A DNA stretch of 63,376 nt, filler included, from Octopus bimaculoides (GCF_001194135.2; 11 parts of 10 records of this genome joined end to end with filler, not necessarily neighbours in it); one strand, 5' to 3'; positions 1 to 14,830 are shown, counted from the whole stretch's first letter. The notes: a model not told the origin generated them from the sequence alone. Numbers and translations are program-made.

Positions 1-40
<40 letters not shown>

Positions 41-241
41 TTTGTGTGTAGATCGACATATATATTGAAACGCCACCTGATGAGACACACCCGCACCGAA
101 GGATGCATCATAACCAGTAGCATAGTATGTTATTTGGAAGGTGGGTCGAAACAATAGTTGTGATTAATAAAGAATCTCGTGAATTCCATTTTCTGTTTCT
201 CCCATTTGTTATCAATCTATCTGTCTGTCTGTCTGTCTGTA

Positions 242-318
<77 letters not shown>

Positions 319-619
319 CTCTCTCTTGGCTGAACACTATTCAATTTTTTTTCTCCGTGTTTTTCTCCTTGTCTCCGTATTCTTTCTGTTGAAGAGCGTA
401 GCTCGAAACGTCAAAGACTTTCCGTATTCCCGAGCGTCATACTAATATATCCTTTTGTTATTTACACCACCTGTCCTCGTCTGTTGTTATTATTTGTATA
501 TTCTCCCATATATATATATACATATATGCATGCACGCACACACACACACACACACACATATGTGTTTACATGCAATATGAGGGCTCATAAAGAACTACAC
601 GTAATGGTCGAATACATTG

Positions 620-1600
620 ATGAATATAGTCTCAGACTTACAAAACGACGAGTTGGTCATGCTTGTAATGTTTCTTTGTCATACACATTTCTAAGTCGTT
701 CACAGTCTCTTCAATTCTCTGGCTAGATCCTGATATTTCTCAATGTTTTGAATTTCTTTGGCATCATAAGGAATTACAAAATTTGTTTATATTGCCCCCT
801 ATAATCATATCTGGTTTTCTTGCTTCAATAGTATGGTCAGTCTTTATGAGGAAGTCCCATAAGATCCGATAATTCTCATTCTGTATCACAATTTCTGGTT
901 TGTGTTCATATCATTTTCCTGTTATTTCAAAGTCACACACTCGGTTAACATCCCAATGCACTCTTTTCGTGCTATTATTGCACTCAATAGAGAGATGAGT
1001 GATACTTTCGTATCACTGCTTTTCTTTCATTTACTAAAATGGTCTCTTGTAACAATTTGTACTTCTATATTTCTATTGACCATTCTCTTTCAGTTATGTC
1101 GTAACTATTTGCTGCAATAACATTTTCTTCCAGGTCTATCAATATTTCATTCAAGTTTCAAAAGAGAGCATTGTAAAATATAACAACTTCATTTCCATTA
1201 GTTTCTTTGATTTCTCAATGCTAAATAAAATCCTTCCATCAAATTTTGCAATTCTGTTTCAATTCACCGTTCCTCTTCGGTCAACACTAATTAAACTCAG
1301 GTTTCTTCAAAGTTCTTCCAGTTAGTTTTCAAAACGCAGCCTTATACATATATACATTTTCCTTTTCCGGTATTTTGATTGCATTTTAGTGCAATGTTCA
1401 ATAAGCATTTGATTCATTTACTTCAGTTCCAGTTACCATTTATTTCCTTCCTATTGACACTTGATTCTTTCGAGTTTCTTGTTCTCAGATTTGATCATAT
1501 ATTTAGTTTCAACTCTTGTCAGGCCCTTTATCATGTTGATTATGCTCGACAATTACGCCAAGGATACATGTGTTTGTTTAAAGAAATTTAGTTACACACT
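620..1600 (-). mobile_element. Degenerate R4/Dong-type non-LTR retrotransposon (C-terminal RT/REL region)
   Basis: Minus-strand frames give NENYRILWDFLIKTDHTIEARKPDMII and IEKYQDLARELKRL, typical of the REL endonuclease domain. Many stops and frameshifts. Confidence 0.75.
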
Positions 1601-1627
1601 AATTACTTGATGTATACACCTCCCTCC

Positions 1628-1697
<70 letters not shown>

Positions 1698-1744
1698 TAA
1701 GGCAAATAAGAAAAAGGAAACGATGATCAATCGACAAACATCAG

Positions 1745-2345
1745 CCTGTAAACCATGCTGACTAAACTCGACACTCTAGGCTCAGCTGTAGGGCCTTAAA
1801 ATTATCCGCATGGAAACAAAACACATGGTGTCTGAAACGCAACACAAGGCCGAATAGAGTTGGGAAGTAATGAATTCGTGGAGGCAAACAAGGAACATGC
1901 ACCGAGACATGAACGCTAGACACTCGAGGTAAATAAGGGCAGGACGGAAGGTGTTTGTCTCTATAAAAATATGTGCTCGCAGCAAAGGTGGACAAGACCC
2001 TGCGTGACAATCTCTTCAATAACATTGTCCTACACTCGTTCTTATACGCAAGTTAGACGTGGCCTACTATGAAGAAGGAAGAACATCGATTAGCTACGAC
2101 ACGGAGACCCTTGGTAAAATCTGTGTTAGGAGAATCATTGTGATAGCTTTTACGAAATGAGGTATTTCGAGAACGAAGCGGAGTGAACGACGTGATTCAC
2201 AAAATAATGAAAGCACAAGTTTTGTTGTTTTGGACATGCCACAAGGTTCACAGCGAAAAGGTGGCCCCGTGCAGTTGCCAAGTGGTATCCAATGGTTCGG
2301 GAAAGACCATTCGGAAGGCCCCCGTGACGATGGGGAGACGATCAA
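1745..2345 (+). mobile_element. RTE-clade LINE fragment (3' part of RT ORF)
   Basis: AAKVDKTLRDNLFNNIVLHSFLYAS*TWPTMKKEEHRLATT and RWPRAVAKWYPMVRERPFGRPP*RWGD match RTE C-terminal motifs. Confidence 0.75.
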
Positions 2346-3231
2346 GTTTAATAATTTGGGCCAAGATAGAAAATAATAGTGCATTCAAGAAAAAATTGGA
2401 AGCTCATTATATGTATATGTATATATATGAGCATGCGCGTGTATGTGTATAATAAACGTACATACTTACACACGTTGCAGGAACTATAGTGTGTGCAATC
2501 ACATTTCGTATGTTCGTGTACACTCGGACATGGAAAGACATACGCTGCAGAAATAATCCAGTTTAGCAGCAAACCCCAGCGGCATTCGCATACATATGTG
2601 TATTCATATATATATATATGTGTGTGTATGTGTGTACTTGCATACGTGCGTATGTGTATGTGCGTGTCTAATGTATGTATGCACGCGCACACACACACAC
2701 ACACACATATACATGAGCTCCCCATTGTACACAAACCCAAATACATAAATACATTGTATTATCTCGATTCGAACAAGAACATATATTTTACTCATTGGCG
2801 ACGACCTCGTTTTAATCTACTAAGAAGTACTGTAAGTAAATTTTAAGTGACACATCCATACATACGTACATACATATATGCATGCGTACGTGCATGCATA
2901 CATACGTACATACATACATGCATACATACATACATATATATACATACATACATACACGTATAATCATGTATTGATACAAACATATCCACAGACACACACA
3001 CGAACCACACGCACTCACATGCACACACACACATACACACACACACTCACTTACAAACACTCANNNNNNNNNNNNNNNNNNNNNNNNNNNNNNNNNNNNN
3101 NNNNNNAACACTCACCCACAGACTATTAACTGAGCTGCGTAGAAATTCTTTAGTTACATTTCACATTAAAAGACCCACGCATAACAACAATAACAACAAT
3201 ATTTATAATAATAACACGCAAATACACATAA

Positions 3232-3283
<52 letters not shown>

Positions 3284-3796
3284 ACTCATACAGACACACA
3301 CACGTGTTCACAAATTTACACGAACATATAAATATGCATCCATGAATATACATCAATGAACACGCGAACATGTATACACACACGCAAACACATATATACT
3401 TCAAGACACACACACACACTTTTTAAAGGAATATTTTTTGTAACTTTTTTTTTAGATAATTATAATAATTTTTCTTCTATTTTTAATGCTTAAAAAATAT
3501 ATATTTCTTAAATTTGGCTAATAAACTATAAAGAATATTCCAACGTATTCGTTATTTCTTTATTTTTTCCTTTCCGTTTTACCATTCCATCCTTTCATGG
3601 TAACGTTTTTTTCTCCTCCTTGACTCTCCATCAATGATTATAAATGTTTCATTACGGCTTCAGTTTTGCTTTCTTTTTTTATGAAATTTTCTTTCTTTAT
3701 TCTTGATCTTCTTGTTTTCCTCTTTCTTTTGTTCTGCCTGTTTGTCTATCTCTGTCGCTGTCTGTCTATATGTGTGTGAGCACAGTCATGTGCGAT

Positions 3797-3840
<44 letters not shown>

Positions 3841-4588
3841 NNNNNNNNNNNNNNNNNNNNNNNNNNNNNNNNNNNNNNNNNNNNNNNNNNNNNNNNNNNN
3901 NNNNNNNNNNNNNNNNNNNNNNNNNNNNNNNNNNNNNNNNNNNNNNNNNNNNNNNNNNNNNNNNNNNNNNNNNNNNNNNNNNNNNNNNNNNNNNNNNNNN
4001 NNNNNNNNNNNNNNNNNNNNNNNNNNNNNNNNNNNNNNNNNNNNNNNNNNNNNNNNNNNNNNNNNNNNNNNNNNNNNNNNNNNNNNNNNNNNNNNNNNNN
4101 NNNNNNNNNNNNNNNNNNNNNNNNNNNNNNNNNNNNNNNNNNNNNNNNNNNNNNNNNNNNNNNNNNNNNNNNNNNNNNNNNNNNNNNNNNNNNNNNNNNN
4201 NNNNNNNNNNNNNNNNNNNNNNNNNNNNNNNNNNNNNNNNNNNNNNNNNNNNNNNNNNNNNNNNNNNNNNNNNNNNNNNNNNNNNNNNNNNNNNNNNNNN
4301 NNNNNNNNNNNNNNNNNNNNNNNNNNNNNNNNNNNNNNNNNNNNNNNNNNNNNNNNNNNNNNNNNNNNNNNNNNNNNNNNNNNNNNNNNNNNNNNNNNNN
4401 NNNNNNNNNNNNNNNNNNNNNNNNNNNNNNNNNNNNNNNNNNNNNNNNNNNNNNNNNNNNNNNNNNNNNNNNNNNNNNNNNNNNNNNNNNNNNNNNNNNN
4501 NNNNNNNNNNNNNNNNNNNNNNNNNNNNNNNNNNNNNNNNNNNNNNNNNNNNNNNNNNNNNNNNNNNNNNNNNNNNNNNNNNNNNNNN

Positions 4589-4646
<58 letters not shown>

Positions 4647-5195
4647 GGAAGATAAACAGGAAGAGAGAAACAGAGTGAGAGAGATAAAGAGGGAGAGAAA
4701 GAGAGACAGACAATATGAACAACGATCCACATAGAGGTGTGGAAGTATGCGTGTGTGTCTTTTTTTTCGACTCGTCTGTCTTTTCCTCTTCATTGCATAG
4801 ATATATAACACAAACACACACACACACACACTCACGTACACACATACACTCATGTATGTATGTGTGTATATATGCATGTATCTATATATTGGATACTAAA
4901 TAATCAGTAATTCACTTATACAACGTTTATGAGTACCATATACGTTTATATATATATATAAGATGAGAGGACAGGGGAACAAAAAATTATCTTCTATCAT
5001 CTCATTTTCTTATAACCGCTCTGTACTCGACTAATGCTTCGTTCAGTAGCATTGTATATTGAGTTCTACAACAGGTTATTGGTATTGCAATGTTAAGCGA
5101 AATATATATATATGTGTGTGTGTGTATGTGTGTGTGCGTGCGTGTGTGTGCGCGTGTGTGTGTGTATGTATGTATGTATGTATGTATATATATAT

Positions 5196-5295
5196 NNNNN
5201 NNNNNNNNNNNNNNNNNNNNNNNNNNNNNNNNNNNNNNNTTAATTAATTAANNNNNNNNNNNNNNNNNNNNNNNNNNNNNNNNNNNNNNNNNNNN
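5196..5295. other. Assembly placeholder gap: 44 N + TTAATTAATTAA + 44 N (also at 7308, 12603, 15299, 21541, 23786, 36409, 48415, 52198, 56074)
   Basis: Identical 100-bp structure ten times. The 12-mer places stop codons in all six frames. Confidence 0.95.
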
Positions 5296-7407
5296 TCTTG
5301 ATGCCACGCTCTTTATTTGCCACCTACAGCATGCAGAAATATGGTCGACTGTCAAAATTCCTTCTATACGAAGCAAAGAATCACCAATCAATAAGTCTAA
5401 ATTTATTCGTACATGGAAACAAATACAACAGTTGCTGATAACAGCTTCTCTGCATTATATTTTACATCGCTCCGTCTATATTTACATTCTTGAGATAACT
5501 TACAGCTGTGATATTTTTAACACAAATAATTTCTTACATAATATTGGCTATAAACACACTCACCAGTTGTTTGTGTCTATTTCACACCGATCAGCAACCT
5601 TCTCAATTCTATCGTGAAATATATTTTTGGTGAATATAGTCAAACGTGAATAAGTCTCGAAAAAGGAAAAGAAATGGAATTTAGACAATCAACGACCAGT
5701 GAGTGTACCATTAGGCTTCAGAAATTACGACTTCGCCCGATTTTTTTCAACCTCATGCAGAATATTCATATACGGTGTATGTAGAGTGTTTTGAAAATGA
5801 GGAAAGTTCATTTTCATTTTGTTTTTAATTGTTGGGAATTAATTAAGAAAAGACTTCTCAGAGATGACTCACAATATCACAGAAGAATTCTTGTATTACC
5901 AATAAATACAGAAACNNNNNNNNNNNNNNNNNNNNNNNNNNNNNNNNNNNNNNNNNNNNNNNNNNNNNNNNNNNNNNNNNNNNNNNNNNNNNNNNNNNNN
6001 NNNNNNNNNNNNNNNNNNNNNNNNNNNNNNNNNNNNNNNNNNNNNNNNNNNNNNNNNNNNNNNNNNNNNNNNNNNNNNNNNNNNNNNNNNNNNNNNNNNN
6101 NNNNNNNNNNNNNNNNNNNNNNNNNNNNNNNNNNNNNNNNNNNNNNNNNNNNNNNNNNNNNNNNNNNNNNNNNNNNNNNNNNNNNNNNNNNNNNNNNNNN
6201 NNNNNNNNNNNNNNNNNNNNNNNNNNNNNNNNNNNNNNNNNNNNNNNNNNNNNNNNNNNNNNNNNNNNNNNNNNNNNNNNNNNNNNNNNNNNNNNNNNNN
6301 NNNNNNNNNNNNNNNNNNNNNNNNNNNNNNNNNNNNNNNNNNNNNNNNNNNNNNNNNNNNNNNNNNNNNNNNNNNNNNNNNNNNNNNNNNNNNNNNNNNN
6401 NNNNNNNNNNNNNNNNNNNNNNNNNNNNNNNNNNNNNNNNNNNNNNNNNNNNNNNNNNNNNNNNNNNNNNNNNNNNNNNNNNNNNNNNNNNNNNNNNNNN
6501 NNNNNNNNNNNNNNNNNNNNNNNNNNNNNNNNNNNNNNNNNNNNNNNNNNNNNNNNNNNNNNNNNNNNNNATTATAAAGATACTTCAATGACAACTTGTC
6601 AATACAAGGCAAACAGAAAATCCAGTCTATAATCGTTTTGTGTTTTTAATCACCCATCTCTCCTAATTCATTTGATTCCTCATTGCTCATGGTTAGTGTT
6701 TCATATTTCTTTTTTTATTATTGCCTTCTTTGTTAAAACTTTTTATTTCTGTTAAATGTTAATTACTTTCATAATACTCAATATAAAGAATGTGCTATTC
6801 AATTTAGAGCAATATAAAATAGCTTGTCTTAATTTAATATTTTATTTAACTGGAAACCCATTCATATTTCATTTTAGCTCCAATATTTCAAGCTCTTTTC
6901 TTTTATTTTAGGCTTACTTCTTATCCTGTATTTTACAAGGTTTATCAAATATGTAAGAATATTTTTATCCCTTCCTCGCATTTTTCATTCTAGTATACCT
7001 CATATTCACAATACCCAAACATATACATAGATATCTGCACATAAAGTATATACATATGTAGAAATACATTCAGAAATATACATATACATACACACACTCA
7101 GACATATTAAATACAAAATAGACTGCAGTTACTGCAGAGAAAACATTCTCACTTATGGTACAAAAAAAACTGTGTAAAAGCATCATATCTGTCCAGTGCT
7201 GCCACCTGTTGGGTTCCAAGACATCAATGTTTCTATCTATTGAGCCACCAAAAATGGAAAATACCAAAGGAGGACTATTCTGGACAGACCTAACCAAGGT
7301 GTGGCTGNNNNNNNNNNNNNNNNNNNNNNNNNNNNNNNNNNNNNNNNNNNNTTAATTAATTAANNNNNNNNNNNNNNNNNNNNNNNNNNNNNNNNNNNNN
7401 NNNNNNN

Positions 7408-7600
7408 GATGGTGGAGGGAGGAAGTGGAACAAGGAGGAAGGGAGAGAAGGGTATAGCAGTGAAATAAAGGCCAGGACAGAGGGATAGATAGACAGATAG
7501 ATAAATAGATAGAGAGGATGGTGGAGGGAGGAAGTGGAACAAGGAGGGAGGGACAGAAGGGTATAACAGTGAAGTAGAGGCCAGGACAGAGGTATAAATA
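7408..7600. repeat. ~109-bp purine-rich tandem duplication next to a gap
   Basis: GATGGTGGAGGGAGGAAGTGGAACAAGGAGG..GGCCAGGACAGAGG starts at both 7408 and 7517. Confidence 0.7.
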
Positions 7601-8016
7601 GAACGATAGAGGAAGACTGATAGATAAATAGATAGAAAGAAAGATAGATAGATAGAAAGGTAGTCACCTCAGAATAATAGTAGACTTACTTGCAAAAAGG
7701 ACGTGTGCGTTCAATAGTNNNNNNNNNNNNNNNNNNNNNNNNNNNNNNNNNNNNNNNNNNNNNNNNNNNNNNNNNNNNNNNNNNNNNNNNNNNNNNNNNN
7801 NNNNNNNNNNNNNNNNNNAAGGGGGCATTATTAGCATGTGTGGTAGGGAGTGAGAGGTGGGTGGTGGTGTTTGGGTGGATCGGACGACACGAGCGGCAGC
7901 GATAGTGGACACGTGCCCCCTTAACTGACGGTCATCTGGTCAGTTGAAGACACATGCGTCCTGAAGGTTACAGTCTAATATGTGTGTGTGTGTATGTCTA
8001 TATGTGTGTGTGCGTG

Positions 8017-8084
<68 letters not shown>

Positions 8085-9008
8085 CATACACACACGTGTA
8101 TGAATGTATATAAATGAATGTCCCATTTATAACTACTGGTTCATACTTTCAGAGATGTTCAAGCACACTCACACGTGTGTGTGTGTATACATAGATAGAT
8201 AGAAATATATTTATCTATCTATCTATCTATCTGTCTGTCATGTGTGTGTCTATGCATGTAAATATAAGTGTATGTTTATAGACATAAGTATGTGTAGATA
8301 TCTGTCTGAACACGTGTTTGCGTGCGGGTGTATTTGTGTGTGTGTGTGTGTGTTTATGTGTGTTACGGAGCCAACAGGATGCAATCGGATACCACATCCC
8401 AGGATATCTATGCAGTAGAAACACGTGTCGGACAGATTTAAAGTGCATATATTGTATATGAAAGTGTTATAAACTAGCTTTATGGATGTAACTTTTCTCC
8501 ATTCTTATTTTAACATCTTGTGTGTGTGTGTATGTATACACACACACACACACACTCACACATAAGCACAAGCAATAATGAGCTTTACATGTTTCTTTAT
8601 TTGAGCATCTAGGACTCAGTGCGCGGACTGGGAAGATGGTAGTATTCGTTATGGTCACTCAATATTTTCAATCGGTCAGTTGACCGACTGAGTAAACGGA
8701 ATTTGACTGAAACAAGTAAAAGAGTAAAAAACTATATATATATATATATTTATGCACACACACACAGTAATTCTTCGCCGTATCGCGGTTTATTATTTAA
8801 GCTTACGTCGATTCCTCTGTGGTGTTGTTTTGCATTTATAATAAAGTAAATATATACAAATTATAAAGATANNNNNNNNNNNNNNNNNNNNNNNNNNNNN
8901 NNNNNNNNNNNNNNNNNNNNNNNNNNNNNNNNNNNNNNNNNNNNNNNNNNNNNNNNNNNNNNNNNNNNNNNNNNNNNNNNNNNNNNNNNNNNNNNNNNNN
9001 NNNNNNNN

Positions 9009-9180
9009 TGTCCTGTACCGGATCGATCCCAAAATTTAATCAGTTCGTGCCAGTCACGAAGCCAAACATCCCTGAAAGTTTCATTCGAATCCATCCAGCG
9101 GTTGGTTCTTGGTATATCTTGTCCACGGAAAACAAACACAACTGAAAACAATACTTTCGCTTTCACTAAGGCGGAGGTAA
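9009..9180 (+). mobile_element. Non-autonomous Helitron/Helentron-like (DINE/HINE-type) element, 3' part
   Basis: CCCAAAATTTAATCAGTTC..AAGTTTCATTCGAATCCATCCAG..GAAAACAATA..AAGGCGGAGGTAA end, recognised from recall of this repeat class. Confidence 0.45.
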
Positions 9181-9204
9181 AAATATACAGTACGGTATTG
9201 TTTC

Positions 9205-9276
9205 TACTTCGCGGATTATCACTTATCCCGGGGTTTTTTCGAACGTAACATCTGCGACAATCGAGGAATTACTGTA
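9205..9276 (+). mobile_element. Tigger/pogo-type MITE 3' end
   Basis: TTCGCGGATTATCACTTATC..GAACGTAAC..GCGACAATCGAGGAATTACTG followed by TA. Confidence 0.45.
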
Positions 9277-10899
9277 TGTATGTATGTATGTGTATATATA
9301 TATATATATATACACACACACCGAGATTCGGTAGTGTTGGGTGTTAGTAAAAATACCAGCGATATACGGAGATCGATGCAGTGGAGGATGTATCTAAGAC
9401 TTTTGTACGTAATGAATATGTAATATTTTCGTGTACAGTTAACTTCTTCCAGGTGGGTTGAGTCTAACTTTGTAGTCCCCGATAACAATGTCGGACCAGT
9501 TAATCTTCAGTTCAGTTTGGTTGATTGAGAGAGAAGTGAAAGCGAGCGGAGCGAGGTTAAAAGAAGCACAACTTTTTAATTCGCTCAATATAGATGACAA
9601 ATTTTTTTATATCTTTAAACCCGTGGACAACGATTGGGGTGTGTGGTTTGTTTGTATGCATGTATGTATGTATGAACAAGTTGTGTTTGATATTGTGTGT
9701 CTCTTTCCTTTTTGTGTATGTGTGTATTGAGATATGTTGGACAACTTAGTTCGTTCAATAATAATAATAATAATAATAATAATACATAAATAAATAAGTA
9801 AGAATCCGCTCATCTCCACTTCTTATATNNNNNNNNNNNNNNNNNNNNNNNNNNNNNNNNNNNNNNNNNNNNNNNNNNNNNNNNNNNNNNNNNNNNNNNN
9901 NNNNNNNNNNNNNNNNNNNNNNNNNNNNNNNNNNNNNNNNNNNNNNNNNNNNNNNNNNNNNNNNNNNNNNNNNNNNNNNNNNNNNNNNNNNNNNNNNNNN
10001 NNNNNNNNNNNNNNNNNNNNNNNNNNNNNNNNNNNNNNNNNNNNNNNNNNNNNNNNNNNNNNNNNNNNNNNNNNNNNNNNNNNNNNNNNNNNNNNNNNNN
10101 NNNNNNNNNNNNNNNNNNNNNNNNNNNNNNNNNNNNNNNNNNNNNNNNNNNNNNNNNNNNNNNNNNNNNNNNNNNNNNNNNNNNNNNNNNNNNNNNNNNN
10201 NNNNNNNNNNNNNNNNNNNNNNNNNNNNNNNNNNNNNNNNNNNNNNNNNNNNNNNNNNNNNNNNNNNNNNNNNNNNNNNNNNNNNNNNNNNNNNNNNNNN
10301 NNNNNNNNNNNNNNNNNNNNNNNNNNNNNNNNNNNNNNNNNNNNNNNNNNNNNNNNNNNNNNNNNNNNNNNNNNNNNNNNNNNNNNNNNNNNNNNNNNNN
10401 NNNNNNNNNNNNNNNNNNNNNNNNNNNNNNNNNNNNNNNNNNNNNNNNNNNNNNNNNNNNNNNNNNNNNNNNNNNNNNNNNNNNNNNNNNNNNNNNNNNN
10501 NNNNNNNNNNNNNNNNNNNNNNNNNNNNNNNNNNNNNNNNNNNNNNNNNNNNNNNNNNNNNNNNNNNNNNNNNNNNNNNNNNNNNNNNNNNNNNNNNNNN
10601 NNNNNNNNNNNNNNNNNNNNNNNNNNNNNNNNNNNNNNNNNNNNNNNNNNNNNNNNNNNNNNNNNNNNNNNNNNNNNNNNNNNNNNNNNTATATATATAT
10701 ATATATATATGTGTGTGTATATCTATATATATATTGTTCTCCATTACCCCAACGATTCGTAACATCCCGCGATCACCATCACTCCCATCGCCAATATCAC
10801 CGTTAACGCTACCCCACATCACCTTCCTCCAGTCCTTATTTGTTTATTGTTTTTTTACTCTTATTATTTTTTTCTTTCAAACCTATGTATCGATCTCTC

Positions 10900-11900
10900 G
10901 ACTCCTGTGACTTTCTCTCTCTCACTCTCTCTCTCTCTCTTTCTAGATTATTTCTTTCCTTCCTTTTTCCTGTGTGTCTCCGCTGTCAATTCCTTCCGTT
11001 TTCTGTCTGACTGTATGTCTGTCTTTTTTTTTCTCTCTCTGTTTCTTTATCTCTTTGCTTCCCCTGTCACCACCACCACCGCCACCTATTTCATACGAAG
11101 GGGCCTCTTTCTTCTTGTTTATTTCCTTTTCTTTGTATAAAACTATGAGGGGACGTAATTGAGAGAGAAAGGACGAACAATTCCTCTGTCACCACTAACA
11201 GCACCATCACACCATCTTTAACGTCATTATCGAATCTCTAAGACTGATTAAAACACTTTCTCCATCTCTCTCTTTACCCCTCCCCTCAATCTGTCTAATA
11301 TACTTTACTCTATCTTCCTCTTTTTCACTACCCCTCCCTTTGTTTTTACTTTTAGATCCTCCATCATTCTCTCTCTTTTGTCTTCTTTTTCCCTATCCCC
11401 CCCTCTCTCTCTCAACATCTGTCTCTTCACCTATTTCTCCTTCTACATATTCTTTCTTTTCTCTCTCCTTAAATTTCTCTCCTTGACTCTGTAGTGTACA
11501 CTCTGTCAGTCTCTCTCTCATAATTTCTCACTTTCTCCTTCCCCCGTCTCTCTCTCTCTTTCTCTCTCTCTCTCTTTCTCTTTCTCTCTCTCTTTCTTTC
11601 TCTCTCTCTCTCTCTCATTCTAAAACTGCCCACTTTTTTCTCCTTCGTCGTCTTTCTCTCTCCTCGTCTTCCGGCTTCCTCCGTCTCTCCTTTTCTTTCA
11701 ATTCCTTTCCTCCTACCCCCACATCTCTCTCACTCAATTATTGTTTCTCCTCTCACTCTCACTCTCAAGTATTGTCTCCCTTCTCTTCCTAAACTCTCCA
11801 ACTTCTACCTCCACCTTTTCCCTTCTGCCTCTTCCCTCTCCTCACACAAAACATTCTCACCTTTCGCCATTTCATCACATTTATCTGTTATTGTTGTTGT
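10900..11900. repeat. Extended CT-rich (homopyrimidine) low-complexity tract
   Basis: About 1 kb dominated by C/T with (CT)n runs. Confidence 0.85.
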
Positions 11901-12465
11901 TTGTTTTTACACTAAACAGGATGTTTTTTGCCTCTTTACTCCGAGTATAAAGTGAAGTGTTATGTGTTGGATATGAGTGTGTGTGTGTGTGTGTGTGTGT
12001 TTTAGTGTCTATCCTGGAAACTATACCTTTGTGTGTGTGCGTGTATGTGTGAGCGTTTGTTTTAAGTATTTTTCCTCAGGAAATACCATCCTGCGAGTGT
12101 GTGTGTGTGTAGTTTGAGAAGGTGACTGACAAGTGTGTGCGGTATGGTGACATTGGTGATGATGATGATGGGCGAAATATGTGTTTTAATGTCTTTCCTG
12201 AGGAAACACCTCAGTGTGTACGTGTTTGTGTATGCATGTGTGTGTGCGTTTACGTGTGTTCTGAAGCACTTCTTGTGTGTCTGTATGTGTGTGTTTTGTG
12301 AAGTGTCAATGTGTGTGTCAGGTGACACTTCCTAACACCCTCTGCGCGCGCGTTTGTGTGTGTGTGTATACACGTGTGTGTATTTGTGTTGTCACTTTAA
12401 CGTTAAAGCCTTCTCCGCCCATTCCCCTCAGGTTGTTCCCATTCTTTTAATTCGAATGACACATG

Positions 12466-12496
<31 letters not shown>

Positions 12497-12722
12497 ATGA
12501 GCGTGCACACTCGTAGCGCACATGTACGAACACATCTGTTCCTACATAGATGCGTATACATTAATTTGCACTTGTAAGCATCATCTACATACATGTATGA
12601 TGNNNNNNNNNNNNNNNNNNNNNNNNNNNNNNNNNNNNNNNNNNNNTTAATTAATTAANNNNNNNNNNNNNNNNNNNNNNNNNNNNNNNNNNNNNNNNNN
12701 NNGTGTGTGTGTGTGTGTGTGT

Positions 12723-13212
12723 GGAGGCGCAATGGCCCAGTGGTTAAGGCAGCGGACTCGCGGTCATAGGATCGCGGTTTCGACTCCCAGACCGGTCGTT
12801 GTGAATGATTATTGAGTGAAAACACCTAAAAGCTCCACGAGGCTCCAGCATGGGGATGGTAGCGAACCCTGCTGTACTCTTTCACCACAACTTTCTCTCG
12901 CTCTTACTTACTGTTTCTGTTGTACCTGTAATTCAAAGGGTCAGCCTTGTCACACTGTGTCACGCTGAATATCCCCGAGGACTACGTTAAGAGTACACGT
13001 GTCTGTGGAATGCTCAGCCACTTGCACGTTAATTTNNNNNNNNNNGTCACACTGTGTCACGCTGAATATCCTCGAGGACTACGTTAAGAGTACACGTGTC
13101 TGTGGAATGCTCAGCCACTTGCACGTTAATTTCACGAGCAGGCTGTTCCGTTGGTCGGATCAACTGGAACCCTCGACGTCGTTAGCGACGGAGTGCCAAC
13201 AACAACAACAAT
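12723..13212 (+). mobile_element. tRNA-derived SINE (family C) with (CAA)n tail
   Basis: Head GGAGGCGCAATGGCCCAGTGGTT (A box)..GGTTTCGACTCCC (B box). 3' end CCCTCGACGTCGTTAGCGACGGAGTGCC(AAC)n. An internal 87-bp duplication flanks a 10-N gap (assembly overlap). Confidence 0.8.
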
Positions 13213-13970
13213 ATATATATATGAAATACAAAATGGGACAAGAACGCAAAACATCCGGACAGTTGGGTGATACAAAAATGGGACAATAAAACATCCAGAT
13301 AGACGATACAAAGAAAACAAGGACGGGTCATTCGAAGTTTTCTTACCTCAGATCATATTCGCAATTTCGGCTGATTATACTCGAGATTGCGCCAATCTGC
13401 CCAGCCCCAAGGAAAAACTAAGCTAAGAGCATTAGATTCCTTGGAAGAAAGCAGCGAATGTATGCAAAAACAAGGACCGGAAAAAANNNNNNNNNNGGAC
13501 AATGTTGCACAAATACAATAAAAATAATAACAGGACATAACAACAGGTGTCTTTCGACTAAGGACGGATTAAATTAAGCTGGCGTGTGTGAAAGTAAAGC
13601 CTTACGGCAGTGATACAAAATTTCACAGGCACAGGGAGGAATAACGATGTTGCACGGACAACGGCCGGCCAAAAAAGAAAGATCAGGCTTGACCGAACGC
13701 CGGTCACATGGGAAGGGACGAGAGAGAGGTAGAAGCAGAAGGACAAAAGAATTAAGGAGCGGGGGGAGAAAAAATGACAGGAACACAGTGAAGTGAAAAG
13801 TAGAGGAAAAGTGAGTAAGAAGAGAAGGCAAGGAAATGTGAGAGAGGGGGAACGAAAGAACGAAGAATGGAATGAACGAATAAGCGTGAAAGGGTTGCTA
13901 GACAGAAATAGAGTCGTACAAGATTTAGAAAAATGTATACTTATATATAAGAGACCAAAGTGTACGCTGC

Positions 13971-14001
<31 letters not shown>

Positions 14002-14786
14002 GAGAGAGAATGTTATATTAAATCTCTGAGCGAGATTTTAACAGTAGCAACTAAGTGTGGCGTCCTATACAAGACAGTGCTGCTGATGTTTATAGCTCCA
14101 GGAATATTTCTCCTCTAGTTGGCTAACGACACAAATTCTGTGTCCGATTAGTATTTGCAAGGGGAGGTCATCGCTCCTATCTCTAGCCTTACGTGATACA
14201 CACGGACTCGTGTTTTCGGGTGGTTACCCGTCCTCAGCGTGTGTTAATCGTAGTGAAAAGTGGTTAGAGGTTGTGTTATATAAACAGGTTGTATTATATA
14301 AACGGATTGCGTTACAAAAACAAAAAGATGGGTGAACAGTAACATTACTAGATTTGCTGTAATCGTTTTAGACAAGCTAGAGACAAAACGAGTATAATAT
14401 TTCATTTAAATATATTAGATGTCTTAACACTCATATAATAGGTTTTATCTATTCAGGTGTGGATTTATTATATGAAAATATTTGTATTATAGTGGTCGAA
14501 ATTAAAACGATTGAAATATTTTAAGCTGGTCACAAAACAAGGAATGAAAGTATATGGATTTTAAGCACTAATGTAGTGAGTGTTGAGTTAAAACACTGCG
14601 TCAGGGAGATCAATAGGCCGATAAATTGCAGGAAACTGATAGGTAGGTGGATTACTCACTCCTCTTTCATGTAAGCTAAAGAATGGTTAGTTGAACTTTG
14701 CTTTCAGGCAGGTCATACATTCTTAAGTGTTTTGTGTATATTATTATTAAAAATTGAATTGTCTTTATATATATATATATGTGTGC

Positions 14787-14830
<44 letters not shown>

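Noticed and set aside
7110-7307. Unique-looking segment with 66-75-aa ORFs on both strands
   Set aside because: No recognisable domain or convincing splice-site pair, and it is truncated by a gap.
12723-12795. tRNA gene
   Set aside because: A and B boxes are present but there is no complete cloverleaf or acceptor stem, and the sequence continues into a SINE body. The same applies to the other SINE heads.
12946-13132. 87-bp direct duplication inside a SINE
   Set aside because: The copies flank a 10-N gap and differ at one base, typical of overlapping contig ends or haplotypes.
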